Of a stretch of 64,000 bases of DNA, positions 1 through 44,885 are shown in pieces. The DNA lies in assembly GCA_965113315.1 (NCBI GenBank), contig OZ220363.1. One strand, written 5' to 3'. Numbering within the stretch: position 1 is the stretch's first letter; each line of letters opens with the position of its first letter. This stretch comes from Podarcis vaucheri. Lineage: Eukaryota. The notes beneath the pieces were generated by a model that saw only the letters and a program-made list of their open reading frames with translations, did no database searches and was not told the DNA's origin. A program made the position numbers and the translations under genes.

Positions 1-268
1 CGGCAGAGGCAGGCAGCTGGGCTCCCGAGAAACAGTGTTAACGCCTTTCTTTGTGCACAGAATTTGGTTCCAGAGTGGCAGCTTCCATCCAGAAGTTAGG
101 ACATCAGGAACTGCATAGCTATAGCATTTTCCTAAAGGCGTTTTAATACACGGAGCAAGAGTTCGCTGCAGTTGGGTGGCTGGTATTGTTTCTTGTCACC
201 CTTTCCCTTTAAACCACAGTGTCTTAAAAGAGGGTCTGAGTGGGTTGCTAAAAATGAATCCCAGATTA

Positions 269-517
269 CCGTATTTTTTGCTCTATAAGACTCACTTTTC
301 CCCTCCTAAAAAGTAAGGGGAAATGTGTGTGCATCTTATGGAGCGAATGCAGGCTGTGCAGCTATCCCAGAAGCCAGAACAGCAAGAGGGGTTGCTGCTT
401 TCACTGCGCAGCGATCCCTCTTGCTGTTCTGGCTTCTGAGATTCAGAATATTTTTTTTCTTGTTTTCCTCCTCCAAAAACTGGTGGTCTGGTGCATCTTA
501 TAAAGCGAAGAATACGG
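269..517. mobile_element. Tc1/mariner-superfamily MITE (CCGTATTT TIR, TA TSD); related copies at 12212-12379 and 25455-25623
   Basis: ta|ccgtattttttgctctataaga...tcttataaagcgaagaatacgg|ta. Confidence 0.8.
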
Positions 518-647
518 TAATTTGAATTGAGCGAATGGATTTAGGAGGCAGATTATAAATCATTTGGGGGTTTAAGGGGGGGGCACAAAGACAACGTGCA
601 TGGCTTTGATTCCATCGCTACAAGCTGTGCTAATGGACTTGACCATT

Positions 648-796
648 AGAATCATAGCATTGTACTGTTGGAAGGGACCACGAGGGTCATCTAGCCCAAC
701 CCCCCTGCAAGGCAGGAATCTTTTGCCCCATGTGAGACTCGAACCCATGACCCTGAGATTAAGCGTCTCATGATCTACCGATTTTGCTGTCGGCAC
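648..796 (-). mobile_element. tRNA-Lys-derived SINE with CR1 3' tail (lacertid P.s.1/SINE-like); other copies ~22305-22446 (+) and ~40886-41015 (-)
   Basis: Minus strand reads a decayed tRNA-Lys(CTT) head (…CATGAGACGCTTAATCTCAGGGTCATGGGTTCGAG…) fused to CR1 end GGACTAGATGACCC…TATGATTCT. Confidence 0.75.
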
Positions 797-1390
797 TGAG
801 CCTGTTCCAAGGGTGGCAGTAGAGAGGTTGCTACATACTGATGATAGGAGGTATCAATTGGATCATCACAAGTAGACTCTCCTGCCCATAGAATTCAGAA
901 GGACAGCGGCCATAAACGAAGCCCAAACGAAGTCCACTGCACACACTGCCACACAACAAAGCATTCTGGCTTTCGACCAAAGTGGTGGTTCTCCTTTTTC
1001 AGTCTGACGGCTGCGGGTGATTGGTGCTTATAAGTCTTTGAGCATCTCCAATAGATCTTGCAGCCAAGGACTCATACGGTCTGAGCATTGGGTCTTTTCT
1101 TGCTCGTCCACGTTCAGCTTTCTTCGCTTGCCCGCATTGTAAAGAGCCCTGCACCCTCAGTTGTAATATTTGTTCATGGAGCCACAATAGCATTCTCTCA
1201 GCCAAGACGTGGCAGGTGGAGTGGGAGGGAATGCAAGCATGTCTTTTATTCATTGCATTTCCCCTGCGCTCACTTTCACGAACCCAGGTTGGGTCACCCA
1301 AGAAAATAAATATATCGAGATATACAAAAATGCAGCCAGTACTTAAAATGTTACAAACTTTTGGTTTAATAATGATGATGATGATGAAGA

Positions 1391-1815
1391 AAATAATAAT
1401 AATAATAATATATTATTTATTATTTCTACCCCGCCCATCTGGCTGGGTTTCCCCAGCCACTCTAGGTGGCTTCCAACCGAATATTAAAAACAATGCAGCG
1501 TCAGACATTAAAAACTTCCCTAAACAGGGCCACCTTCAGTTGTCGTTTAAAAGTAAAATAGTTGTTTATTGCCTTGACATCTGCTGGGAGGGCATTCCAC
1601 AGGGCAGGAGCCACTACCGAGAAGGCCCTCTGTCTGGTTCCCTGTAACCTCACTTCTCGCAGCGAGCGAACCACCAGAAGGCCCTCGGTGCTGGACCTCA
1701 GTGTCCAGGCAGAACAATGGGGGTGGAGACGCTCCTTCAAGTATACTGGACCGAGGCCGTTTAGGGCTTTAAAGGTCAGCACCAACACTTTGAATTGTGC
1801 TCAGAAATGTACTGG
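1391..1815 (-). mobile_element. L2-clade LINE 3' fragment with (TTA)n tail
   Basis: ORF2 C-terminus LVLTFKALNGLGPVYL…[15 protein letters not shown]…FKRQLK; near-identical copy at 44959-45425. Confidence 0.8.
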
Positions 1816-2242
1816 GACATCCTTGGCGAAGCGCCCGTGATTTGGCATCAAATACATCCCCAGCAATACTGCAGCGAAAGTGCTCAACTCAAGAGCAGTC
1901 GCCAGTAAACGCCTAGCAAAAGAAGCACATTTTAAAATTGGCATCGGAAGATAGGCAATTGAGTGCCAATTGAATCTCAGGAGGGAAGAAATTCCCCAGC
2001 CAGGGTGCCACCACCAAAAAGGCTGGACCCCAGGGTATTGCATAATGTACCTATACTATAGACAGAACCACAAGGCGGCTTCAAACCGGTGTTGCCCACA
2101 TCTCAGGGCTGAGGCTGGGGAGTCATCTAGATCCCCCTCTTTGCGCCTGGGTAGTCCCAGAGCCTTGTGTGTAGAGGCAGTTTGAATTTATCCTGTGTGT
2201 CTATAACTTGTTTGCACTTTCCCCCCCTTATTCACGTGACAG

Positions 2243-2381
2243 GGTGCCAAAGCATGTTTCCTCCGAGATATTCCCTTTTCTGCAATCTATTTTCCTGTGT
2301 ACGCTCATTGTAAACTGATGCTTGCAGATGAAAATGGCCACGTGGGAGGATTTAATCTGCTTGCAGCTGGTGCTATCGCAG
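2243..2381 (+). CDS. SLC25A12: SLC25A12 internal exon (139 bp)
   Basis: acag|GGTGCC...GCAG|gtaac; [46 protein letters not shown]. Confidence 0.95.
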
Positions 2382-5300
2382 GTAACATTTTACGGCGTGA
2401 TTTGCAGGCAGCTCCCCTTCTCTCACATACCTCTCCCCCCCCCCCCGCTTGCCAAATCTGTCCCCTTTCCTAGCAATCGTTAATATTCATCGGAGCCAAG
2501 GATAGGAAGCTAATACACTATTGTATCTACCTTAATCTAAATTTGATCACTTTTATCCTTGGTGGGAGGTAGTGTAATTTTGACGAGAGCTAATTACATT
2601 TGCATAATGTGGATAAACAGCTTAATGCAGCTCAGCAACTTGTAGTCAAATTTGTACTCTTGGCCTCGATAGGGGAGTTGCTATTGTTTCAAAGCTCTCA
2701 ATGTGGGAGGCTTGGCGTTTAAAATCTCAAGGAAACATACAGAGGCAAGTTTTTTTAAATTATCTTGTCTGGTTTTTCTTCATTTGGGAAGGAGTTGACA
2801 TCATATATAGAACAAGAGTGTGTTTTAGAGGTTGAAATTCAAAATTATTCTTTCGGGAGAGCCAAAATTCACTTCATCTGCAACTTGTTTGAAGGAGAAG
2901 CCATTAAAATAGTTCACATAAGCATTTATTTGAAGCAGAAAGCAATTTTATGGCGCAGTCCTCCTTTCCTGTGCCCATGAGTGGGAAGGTGTTTGTTCAG
3001 AGATCTTTGCTAAAGCCTTTGCTCCCCATCCCATTGCTGGATCTGTCAGGCCTGTTGCCATTCAGACAGGCACAATACATGGTGTCCGATCATTGCTGAT
3101 TATGTGACTTTGTGTATGGGTTATTTACCAGCTTCACACTTTATGCCAGAGTACATTTCGCCACATGGGTATTTGAAGCCCTAAACAGCCCCACCCCCAT
3201 CATTCAGCCTGGACACTGAGGTCCCGCTCCAAGGGCCTTTTGGCGGTTCCCTCCCTGCAAGAAGTGAGGTTACAGGGAACCAGGCAGAGGGCCTTCTCGG
3301 TAGTGGCACCCACCCTGTGGACCGCCCTCCTATCAGATGCCAAGGAAATAAACAACTATCTGACTTGGAGAAGATGTGAAGGCAACTATGTATCAGGAAG
3401 TTTTTAATGTTTGATGTTTTACTGCGTTTCATTTTTTTTACTTGTTGAAAGATGCCCAGAGCAGCTGGGGCAACCCAGTAAGATGGGCGGCATGTAAATA
3501 ATAAGCTATTATTATAATTATATTGAATGTACTCTGGCATAAAGCATTAAGCTGCACATGAGGAAAGGAGAAGCTGCCGTTGGCTTTTGGTTTTGTTACA
3601 AATGCGACTTCAGCCGTTATTTGTATTCATATTCTTTGGCATTAGAAATGTTTCTGCCCGTCTCCGTTTGCGTTAAACTAAACACTCATTTCTCCTGAAA
3701 AGGTGTGCCTGCTGCTTCCTTGGTGACCCCTGCTGATGTCATCAAGACGAGACTGCAAGTGGCGGCTCGCGCTGGTCAGACGACGTACAATGGAGTTGTT
3801 GACTGCTTTGGAAAGATACTTCGAGAAGAAGGCCCCGCAGCTTTCTGGAAAGGAGCCGCAGGTAAGGAAAAGAGGTGGGATGGGTGGGTACATTTGTAAC
3901 TTCTGTTTTAATTTAAAGAAGACTAGAGAGTCCCAAGGCTCGCAACCATTTAAATACCTGCTCAATAAAGATTGTGCTTATTCTCTTCAACAGCACGAGT
4001 GTTCAGATCTTCACCCCAGTTTGGCGTCACTCTAGTGACCTATGAACTTTTGCAGCGCTGGCTCTATGTTGATTTTGGAGGCATGTAAGTACAGTTTACC
4101 ATCCTCTAAACCAGGCTTCCTCAACCTCGGCCCTCCAGATGTTTTTGGCCTACAACTCCCGTCATCCCTAGCTAGCAGGACCAGTGGTCAGGGATGATGG
4201 GAATTGTAGTCTCAAAACATCTGGAGGGCCAAGGTTGAAGAAGCCTGCTCTAAACCAAGCGCAGGGAACCTGTGGCCCTTGATACAATGTTCAGCTTGCA
4301 ACTTTCATCAGCCTCAGCCAGCATGGGCAAGGATGATGGAAGTTGGGGTCCAACAACATCTGGAGAACCATGGGTTGCCACATCCCTTCTTGGTTGGTGA
4401 AAAATGGCTGGTACATTTAGATTAAATTGTGTTTCTAAATATAAACAGGAGAGTTCAGCAACCTAGAATATAATCTTTACTCTTCAACACTCCGGTTTTC
4501 ATTACTGGTCTTAGCGTAAGGTTGAGACACTGTGACACAGAACAGGCAGGTGATGCGCTACAAGAAATATAGGGAATCTGTGGCCATCCATATGTTGTTA
4601 TTGTTGGACTCCAACTCAGCCCCAGCCAGCATAGTCAATGCTCAGGGTTGGTGGAGAAGTGTCTGCACCATCCAGCAGTTCCTCAGCTTTTCTCCCTTCA
4701 AGCTTAGAATTTGTGCATTTTTAGAGTCCACTGGGATGCGGGTGGCACTGTGGGTTAAACCACAGAGCCTAGGACTTGCCGATCAGGAGGACGGCGGTTC
4801 GAATCCCCGCGACGGGGTGAGCTCCCGTTGCTCGGTCCCTGCTCTTGCCAACCTAGCAGTTTGAAAGCACATCAAAATGCAAGTAGATAAATAGGTACCG
4901 CTCTGGTGGGAAGGTAAACGGCGTTTCCGTGCGCTGCTCTGGTTCGCCAGAAGCGGCTTAGTCATGCTGGCCACATGACCCGGAAGCTGTATGAAGACTC
5001 CCTCGGCCAGTAAAATGAGCGCTGCAACCCCAGAGTCGGTCACGACTGGACCTAATAGTCAGGGGTCTCTTTACCTTTACCTTTACTCTTTACCTTTAAA
5101 CAAAGAGTCAGAATCTAAATCAAAGCTTATGACCAATTTACTGCCCTTGGCTGGTGGCATTCAAGGTATATACGATGAATCCTAGAAGAACCCTGTGGTG
5201 TCGGCTGTTAAAAAGATTCACGCCTTGGTTGATATAAGCCACCATGCAAAAATGTATTTCATGGGGAGAGAAAAAGCCCAGTGAACAACACCTGACCCAG

Positions 5301-6107
5301 TCCTAGCTATTTCAGATCTGCATATGCATTCCCCAATTGAGTGATCTGTTGGATCAGCTCTGAGTACCCGGTCTAGATTCATGCCCAGCCATGCTCAACA
5401 CTGATAAAAACTGACAAAAAGATGTGTGGAGGGGCTGAGATCATGAGTGTAACGCTTCAGGTATGGGCAGGGAACCTTTATGGGCTGGTGGCCCAAATCT
5501 TTATTCACCCATGGGCTAACTTTGACAGGTGGATGGAGCCATCTGTCATGGATGCTTTGGCTGAGATTCCTGCATTGCAGGGGGTTGGACTAGATGACCC
5601 TTGGGGTCCCTTTCCAGCTCTACGATTCTGTGTCAGGTGACTGGGGTGGGGGTGGTTTCACCTGTCGAATTTGATTTGCTATAGTGTGGTTGCTTCAGCA
5701 GCACGTTCCCCACAGGGAACATGCTAGCAAAGCAGTACCCAGAGCAGAACTGAAACACCCCCTCCACAGTGGTTATGGGGAAATTGCCTTACAGGCCATG
5801 TTGGACTCCCAGGTAGGTCAGGATTTGCCCCGCAGGTTTCCCACCCCTGCCTTAAAGAAATAGCGTTATGCTGATGAAACCTGAACTCTAATTTTCTCTT
5901 TGCCTCCTTACCAGCAAACCCTCCGGCTCAGAACCTACACCCAAGTCTCGAATCTCCGGCCTTCCTCCTGCCAATCCCGACCACATAGGTGGATATCGAC
6001 TTGCAACAGCTACTTTTGCTGGGATAGAGAACAAATTTGGCCTCTCTCTTCCAAAGTTTAAATCAGGTGCCGTTTCAGCGCAGCCCAAAGCAGCCGCTCC
6101 CTCCTGA
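2243..6107 (+). CDS. SLC25A12: SLC25A12 (aralar/AGC1 mitochondrial aspartate-glutamate carrier), 3' part: last four coding exons 2243-2381, 3703-3861, 3994-4084, 5915-6107; upstream exons lie outside the window
   Basis: Spliced translation [66 protein letters not shown]...[19 protein letters not shown]...[33 protein letters not shown]...*; carrier signature PxDxxKxR; GT-AG introns, phases consistent; tail-to-tail with DYNC1I2 as in other vertebrates (the paralogous pair is SLC25A13/DYNC1I1). Confidence 0.95.
3195..3510 (+). mobile_element. L2-clade LINE 3' fragment
   Basis: Same family as 1391-1815, opposite orientation. Confidence 0.75.
3703..3861 (+). CDS. SLC25A12: SLC25A12 internal exon (159 bp)
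   Basis: aaag|GTGTGCCT...GCAG|gtaag; [52 protein letters not shown]. Confidence 0.95.
3994..4084 (+). CDS. SLC25A12: SLC25A12 penultimate exon (91 bp)
   Basis: acag|CACGAG...GGCAT|gtaagt; [29 protein letters not shown]. Confidence 0.95.
4112..4247. mobile_element. palindromic hAT MITE with 8-bp TSD CTCTAAAC; older related copies at ~4256-4386, 4570-4690, 22196-22262, 24520-24655, 41979-42085, 43143-43330, 47398-47525
   Basis: ctctaaac|caggcttcctcaacct…aggttgaagaagcctg|ctctaaac. Confidence 0.85.
4733..5097 (+). mobile_element. Sauria SINE
   Basis: GGGA(T/C)GCGGGTGGC head, B-box GGTTCGAATCC, (ACCTTT)n tail. Confidence 0.9.
5915..6107 (+). CDS. SLC25A12: SLC25A12 terminal coding exon, stop TGA 6105-6107
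   Basis: ccag|CAAACCC; [63 protein letters not shown]. Confidence 0.95.
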
Positions 6108-6473
6108 GCCAGATGAAAAAGTAGTGCCATGGACAGAGAGCTACAGCCGTGGCTCTGCTCCTCCAGTCAGCTGCATGATGCTCTAGCTGAATGGAGCTCC
6201 GACATCGAATCACTCCTTTCTATCCAAAACACAGCTAATCATTTGCACACGGGAGACCGATTCAAGCTTTAAGTTCTATGCGTAGAATAAGTAACTAGGG
6301 CTTGGCTTAGCACAGCTTGCACTCCATGTTACTGTACATATTGTACAACTTTGTACAGAGACATTATCATGGCATTGAAATGCAACTGCATTTGTAGAAA
6401 CAGGTGTTGCGGTTCTAAATAGTTTGAAATGTACAGAATGTTTTGGAAAGTGTTTTATTAAAAATCATGTGAC

Positions 6474-6479
6474 AATAAA
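6474..6479 (+). terminator. probable SLC25A12 polyadenylation signal
   Basis: AATAAA ~370 nt after the stop, flanked by ATTAAA variants and followed by a T/GT-rich stretch. Confidence 0.65.
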
Positions 6480-6739
6480 ATTTATTAAAACCAAGGATGA
6501 CAGGGTTCTTTTTGTGTTCTAAGCTAAATTCCTCCGTAGGAAGCAAACGGATTAAGTTATCCTTTTGGACAACCTTGCTATAGTCTGCAAGACAGCAAGA
6601 GGTGAAGAAATGCAAAAAGATGAAAATGTTTGCTGGGAAGAAATGGTGCAAACTCCCTCCCCCAGCAACTGGTATTCAGGATACAGGCTTTGGTGGAGGA
6701 GGCAGAGCATAGCCTAGCTAGGAGCTAGGATAGCCCTCT

Positions 6740-8220
6740 CCTCCTAATCCTCTTTTAAAACCATTTCATTTGGTGGCCATCACTGCCTCATGTGGGAGTG
6801 AGTTCCACAGTTTTAACTACTGTCATTTCTCCAAGAAGTCCCAACTGCTACACCCTTTCTGCATAGCGGAATCATTCCATCCCCTCAAACATGTTGGTTG
6901 CCCCTTTCTGAACCTTTTCCCAAATGTACGATATCCTTTTTGAGGTGAGGCGACCAGAGCCATACACATTACTATAATGCATTTGCACCAGAATGCCTTA
7001 TAACAGCGTTATGATGTGACTTTTTCTCCCCAGTCTCTTTCCTAGCATGGGATTCGCCTTTCACAGCTGCTGCACACTGAGTCAATGGCTTCATCCAGCT
7101 ATCGGCTATAACCCCCAAGGTCTCTTTCTGGCCCAACCCCACCAGTTCAGACTCCATGTGACCTTAAGATTTTTTTGCCCCAACACGCACTGCTTTCCAC
7201 CGGTTTACACTGAATTGTATTTGCCATTTTACCAACCATTCACTCAGTTTGAAGAGGCCAATTGCAGCTCTTCACACGCCCTTTTTGTTTTAATGACCCT
7301 GAACAATTAAGTACCATCAGCAAACCTGGCCCCTGTGATGTTAACATATGAGAGTGCTGGAGGTGAAATAGTTAAACGGGTTACCCAATCAGGACCCAGG
7401 GGGGTGGAGTCAGAGGGACTATAAAACCAGCTCTGGGAGGGGCAAAGGGGGAGTTCCTTGGGAGTTGGGTGGTTGGTTGGAGTGGGAGTGAATTGAGATA
7501 GTCTGTGGTTAGGTTGAGTTAGTGTAGCAAAATAAGCTGAGTCAGGAACAGTTAGGAGCTAGGAAAACAAGTAAAAATCTGAGAGGTGGTTTAGTGAGTG
7601 AGAGCAGGTAACGGAAGTTATAGGTCTGGATAGGCACCCCATGATTGTAATTGAGCAATACCGTTTATGAAACCACACAGTTGTTAAACTGCAATAAATA
7701 AACAGAAGTTTATGTTCCAATTTAACCCTGACTGGACTCGGTAATGTACCAGGTAGGGCCTGGGTGGTGGCAGCGAGAAATAAAGTGGTGGCACAGAGAT
7801 CAATAGACGGTGAAACGTCCGGGGATCCTGTGTGATCGCCACAGCCCCTTCAGAGCTCACCCCTACTTCTAGATAATTTATGTATAAGTTTAAAAGCACA
7901 GGTCCCAATACCAATCTTTGGGGAACACTACTTTCTATATACCTCTGTTCGAGATTAGCAAGCTGTCAATTTACTAATATTATCTACTTCCTGCTACTTA
8001 ACCAACTCCTCATCCACAAAAGGGCCTCTCCTTTTATTACATGACTGCTAAGCTCACTCAGGAAGTACCTTGTCAAAAGCTTTTTTAAAGTCCAAGTACA
8101 CTGTCAATCAGATCCCCTCCACCCATGCTTGTTGACAGTCAAAGCACTCTCAACAGGTTAGAGACAGGATTTGTCCTAGCAGAAGTCACGCTGGCTCTGC
8201 TGCAGCAAGGCTTGTTCCTC
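6740..8220 (-). mobile_element. decayed CR1 LINE RT fragment, interrupted by a solo LTR
   Basis: Minus-strand VLGPVLLNLYINYLEVGVSSE|…RFADGT (FADD-like RT motif) rejoined across the LTR; LGVIADSWMKPLTQCAAAVK downstream. Confidence 0.75.
7334..7843 (+). mobile_element. solo LTR (510 bp) with 5-bp TSD GCCCC; partial inverted copy at 61409-61720
   Basis: TG…CA ends, CCAAT and TATAAAA (~7420), AATAAA (~7693), gcccc on both flanks. Confidence 0.85.
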
Positions 8221-8743
8221 TATAAAATAGGAGAAAAAGTAGTGATCATTATTCTCCAGTAATCATACAGCCTTTAATGTAATGTCACAACAGAAAGATC
8301 ACCTCTTTGGTAGAATAACCAAGAATTTAATATCAGAATTGGTAATTGGATTTTCTGAGTAGTATTCATCAGTAGAAACAGCATGCTTTTTTACCTATGG
8401 GAGTAAAAAGTCAACTAAAAATAATAATCCAAAATCCTTTAAAAATAGCTTCAAGCCTATAGGCAGATATTTCAGAAACAATTAAAAATGTATATCTTAT
8501 TGTTGCATAGGAAAGAAACTGATGTGCAAAAAATAAATCAAATAATGTGGAACTTTACACTGATCTTATGTGATGGTAAGATAATACCGCACCTACTACA
8601 TAGTCCTAGAGAATAGATGGACAAGTTGCTTTTGAAAGTATGAATTGCCTCATGTGCACATTCTTTTTGCTTTAGTTTAAAGAACTGTTACATGAGCAAT
8701 ATCAAGTAAACTGAAGAATTACAAAATAAATCCCAAATCCATT

Positions 8744-8913
8744 TTTATTATAGGCACAAGATACTTTTTAAAAAAAGAAATGGAGTTTCTAAGTTAATTA
8801 TTTTCCTGCAGCCCCTCACCCCTGCCCCTGCACAAACCTCTGAAAATGCAAACTCTTGAAAAACAAGTCTTTAAACAGATGCTTGTGAGAAAAGAGGCCA
8901 TGTAATGTTTATT
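8744..8913 (-). terminator. candidate DYNC1I2 polyadenylation signals (AATAAA at 8913-8908 and 8749-8744)
   Basis: Two minus-strand AATAAA hexamers ~630 and ~800 nt past the stop in AU-rich 3' UTR. Confidence 0.55.
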
Positions 8914-9545
8914 TATAAAGAATTCTTACTCTACTGCAGAAATGTAACAAACAAAAAAATCCAAAGTACTTAGCAGGTATTTTAGAAAGTTTCCATTACA
9001 AAAAAGGGTTTACAGATTTTTTTAGTCATATACATGACCTACCACTGTAGCCTGGAGCCTATTATATAATAATTAGGATAAAGGTTACTGTGAACAGATG
9101 CATGCACAAATCTAAGCCATTAAGAGTACTATAGCCATAACGCTTTCCCAGTGCCCCAGAAATTGATGTCCACAGCATAGCCTGTCAGTTTGACTTGGAA
9201 AAGCTCTTGTTCAGAAACTTACAGAACTTAAATTGCTCTGAAATAGTTATATGCCATTGAAAGTTGAACTTTAAATATTCAACGTGGTTAGTGTTTCAGT
9301 AGAACATACACCTTGCCAAGTCAGGGTAAATAATAAATTATATCTATCAGATTAAGGGTGGTGATTCAGAGATTAAAAAGCAACTTTGCAAGATCAATTT
9401 CACTGATCTTTATACACTTGTCGACTCCACAGTTTACTCCACATTTTAAATTTCAAGTTCAGCCGCATACTTAACACATGCTACTATTCTGAAGCCCTCT
9501 ATAACCAATCCCCAAATTCACAACGAGACCCCCCACTTCAACAAC

Positions 9546-41851
<32,306 letters not shown>

Positions 41852-44074
41852 CTATCATAAATAAATTCCCTAGAATAAATGTATGCTCATATGAAAAACC
41901 TTAGCCTCTCTTGGAAGACATATATTACGTACTAAAATAAGACTTAATTTTTGCATTATTGCATTCCAAAGACTAGAACAGGGGATGGGAAACCTATGGC
42001 CCTCAATACATTTCTGGACTCAAATTTCAGAAATCCTCAGCTAGCATCGCCAATGGTCAGAGATGGTGGGAAGGTTAGCCACCCCCGGTCTAAGCTTTCT
42101 GCTAAAAGCGAAATAAAGGTGGTTATAATGCAGTACATCCTTTTCAAACAGGCTGTATTTGTTTGTTTGCAACTGAGAAATGCAAACCAAACTCTGCCGA
42201 TACTCCTATATCCAAAACAATCAAAGGCAGCATAGGAGAGGAAAATTCCAACTGCCTAAATACAGTTGGCATAAGTACATAAATACAGGGAGCAGGAAGA
42301 CAGCTAATACCTGCTGGGCAGAATTTTTCCAAATAATAATTTTGAGAGAGATAACAGTCCCTGTTCAGTTAAGAAACTCCTAAATTGGATTAAATAAAAG
42401 TTGTATGCCACAAGTTAGTGCGTGTACACATTAAAATCAGAATTTAATTCTGAAGGGGCAGCAAGTAAAATTAATGTACATTCATTGAATATATCAAACC
42501 TCCTGTTTCAAGATGTTTCACAGAGGTACATCTGGCATTCTCGTTTCCTGCTGAAAACACCTATTTACCCTGGCCTTTGACAGTTAGTTTATTTTGTTGA
42601 TTCTATATTATTCTGGTTTTGATTGGAACACATTTACTCATTTTTTATAACTGTATACTGTAATGCTGTGACATGCTTTGGAACTTGTGATTTTTAAAAA
42701 ATATAAATTAAAATAAAATAAAGTTTTTAAGAGCTTCTTAGAGGATTACAGAGTACAGTATTAGCTGGAAATGAACGAATGGATGCAAAAGTCACTCTTG
42801 TACTCCTGAAAAGTTCTATTATGAATGTTAATACTTTAAACAATTTTGAGGTTAAACTAATCCAGTTATGTAACCTTTCTTTCTTTTTTCAGTGGCAGAG
42901 ACAAACAACAATGCCACTAGGACTGTCTCTGGTGTGTTTCCATCATTTCATAAAAAGCACAGCAACCTGCCAGACATTGACTATTCCAGTGCATGTTTAC
43001 TCAGAAGCAAATTATGCTTACTTTCAAGAAAGGGACCACTCCTACCATAACTCTGCACAGGACCTTGCAAACTAATCCTATGCTGAATTAAGACATGCCC
43101 AAACAATGACACTCAGGCAAGCAATGCTTGAATCACGTTAAAGCAAGGGTGGGAAGCCTGTGCCCCCTTGAAACATACAACTGTAGAGTTGGAAGGGACC
43201 CCAAGAGTCATCTAGTCCAACCCCTTGCAACGCAGGAACTTCAACACCCATCAGCCCCAGTCTGCCTGGTCAGCAGTTAAGAGATTATAGGAGCTGCAGT
43301 CTAACAACATCTGGACGGCCGCAGGTTCCCCAGACACAGGTGCTTCCACGGAGCATTAGAATCAGGGCTGGCCCACCCATTAGGCAAGGTGAGGCAACCA
43401 CTCACCCGGGCAGCACATCCTATTGCCAATCTTTCTTCCTGTTTTAAATCATCCTTGATGCCTTCTTCTCTGGCAGGGAAAGAGGCACCATTCTTGGGTC
43501 CTCCTCAGGTGCCAAAATGCCTTGCCCCAGCCCTAATTATAGCCCATTTCCATTGCAAAGCTGTAACTGGCTGAAGTGGGCTCTGACCAAGCTTGTGCCC
43601 CTACCTAAAATGTGTTGTCAGCTTTTCAGAGGATCAGCCCTGTTAAGTGGGCAAAAACCTATGAAGAGTAATGGGGGGGGCGCACCTTAAGAGGATTTTA
43701 TGGCAGAAGCTGAGGCAGGTTCTGGTCTACAGAAGACTTATTCAGTACAAAGCTGCACCGTCACCCCAAAGTCAGTGACAATGTTGAGACTGCTGTAAAC
43801 ATTAAATGGGCAGCGGGCAGCAAAAGCAACAAAGTACCTCTTGGATCCTACCGGTTCTATTTCTGCAAAAGTGAACAACTCTAGTCTAGTTGGAGTTGGG
43901 TATCTGCCCTAATTGATGGAAAGAACATCCATGCTGGTGAGCATAAACTTGGCCTTGGCCTAGAACTGGAGGCTTAAAAGGTGTGGAAAAAGCTGCCGCA
44001 GGAAATGGGGGCATCAGAAGAATATTATTATTACTATTACTACTATTACTATTGCTATTATTATTATCTATATA

Positions 44075-44316
44075 CAGTGGTACCTCAGGTTACATACACT
44101 TCAGGTTACATACGCTTCAGGTTACAGACTCCGCTAACCCATAAATAGTACCTCGGGTTAAGAACTTTGCTTCAGGATGAGAACAGAAATTGTGCTCCGG
44201 TGGCGCGGCAGCAGCGGGAGGCCCCATTAGCTAAAGTGATGCTTCAGGTTAAGAACAGTTTCAGGTTAAGTACGGACCTCCGGAACGAATTAAGTACTTT
44301 ACCCGAGGTACCACTG
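44075..44316. mobile_element. pogo/Tigger-like MITE, copy 2 (inverted relative to copy 1)
   Basis: ta|cagtggtacctcaggttac…cccgaggtaccactg|ta. Confidence 0.88.
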
Positions 44317-44319
44317 TAC

Positions 44320-44770
44320 CGCCCTATACCCGCAGGTCTTGGGGTGGTTCACAGGATAAAATCACAATACAAAAACACAAAATACATAATGAAAATGAAA
44401 TACAACAACCCAGTAACGCCCCCAACACATTTTAAAAGGGCATTGGATGTCAATCAACCCAAGATCTGTAGGAAAAGGAACGTTTTTTGCCTGGCGCCTA
44501 AAGGTTTATAATGAAGGTGCCAGGCGAACCTATTTGGGGAGAGCAATTCCACAGATGAGGAGCCACTATGGAAAAGACCCTTTCTCGTGTTGCAACCCTT
44601 AGGACCTCTTGCGGATGAGGCACACAAATGAGGCCCTCAGAAGATGATCTCAGGCTCCAGGTGGGTTCATATGGGAAGGGGAGGTTCTTGAGTTATTGCA
44701 GTCCTGAGCCGTTGAAGGCTCTATAGGTCAAAACCAGCACTTTGAATTGGGCCCGGAAACTAATTGGTAG
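44320..44770 (-). mobile_element. L2-clade LINE 3' fragment (second family)
   Basis: aaccagcactttgaattgggcccggaa matches the L2 FRAQFKVLVL coding segment. Confidence 0.65.
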
Positions 44771-44795
44771 CTGACTAATTGCAGTCAGACCAAGA

Positions 44796-44885
44796 CATAG
44801 CTGTCAACATTTATTTTTTAAAAAGAGAAATTCCCTTATTCCAAATAAGATTCCTCACAAGAAAAGGGAAAAGTTGACAGCTATG
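44796..44885. mobile_element. 90-bp hAT-type MITE (CATAGCTGTCAAC TIR), TSD GAC(C/T)AAGA
   Basis: 13-bp perfect TIR, 8-bp TSD with 1 mismatch. Confidence 0.85.

Noticed and set aside
720-796. tRNA-Lys-like sequence (also ~22305 and ~40950)
   Set aside because: Decayed stems and direct fusion to a CR1 3' end: SINE head, not a tRNA gene
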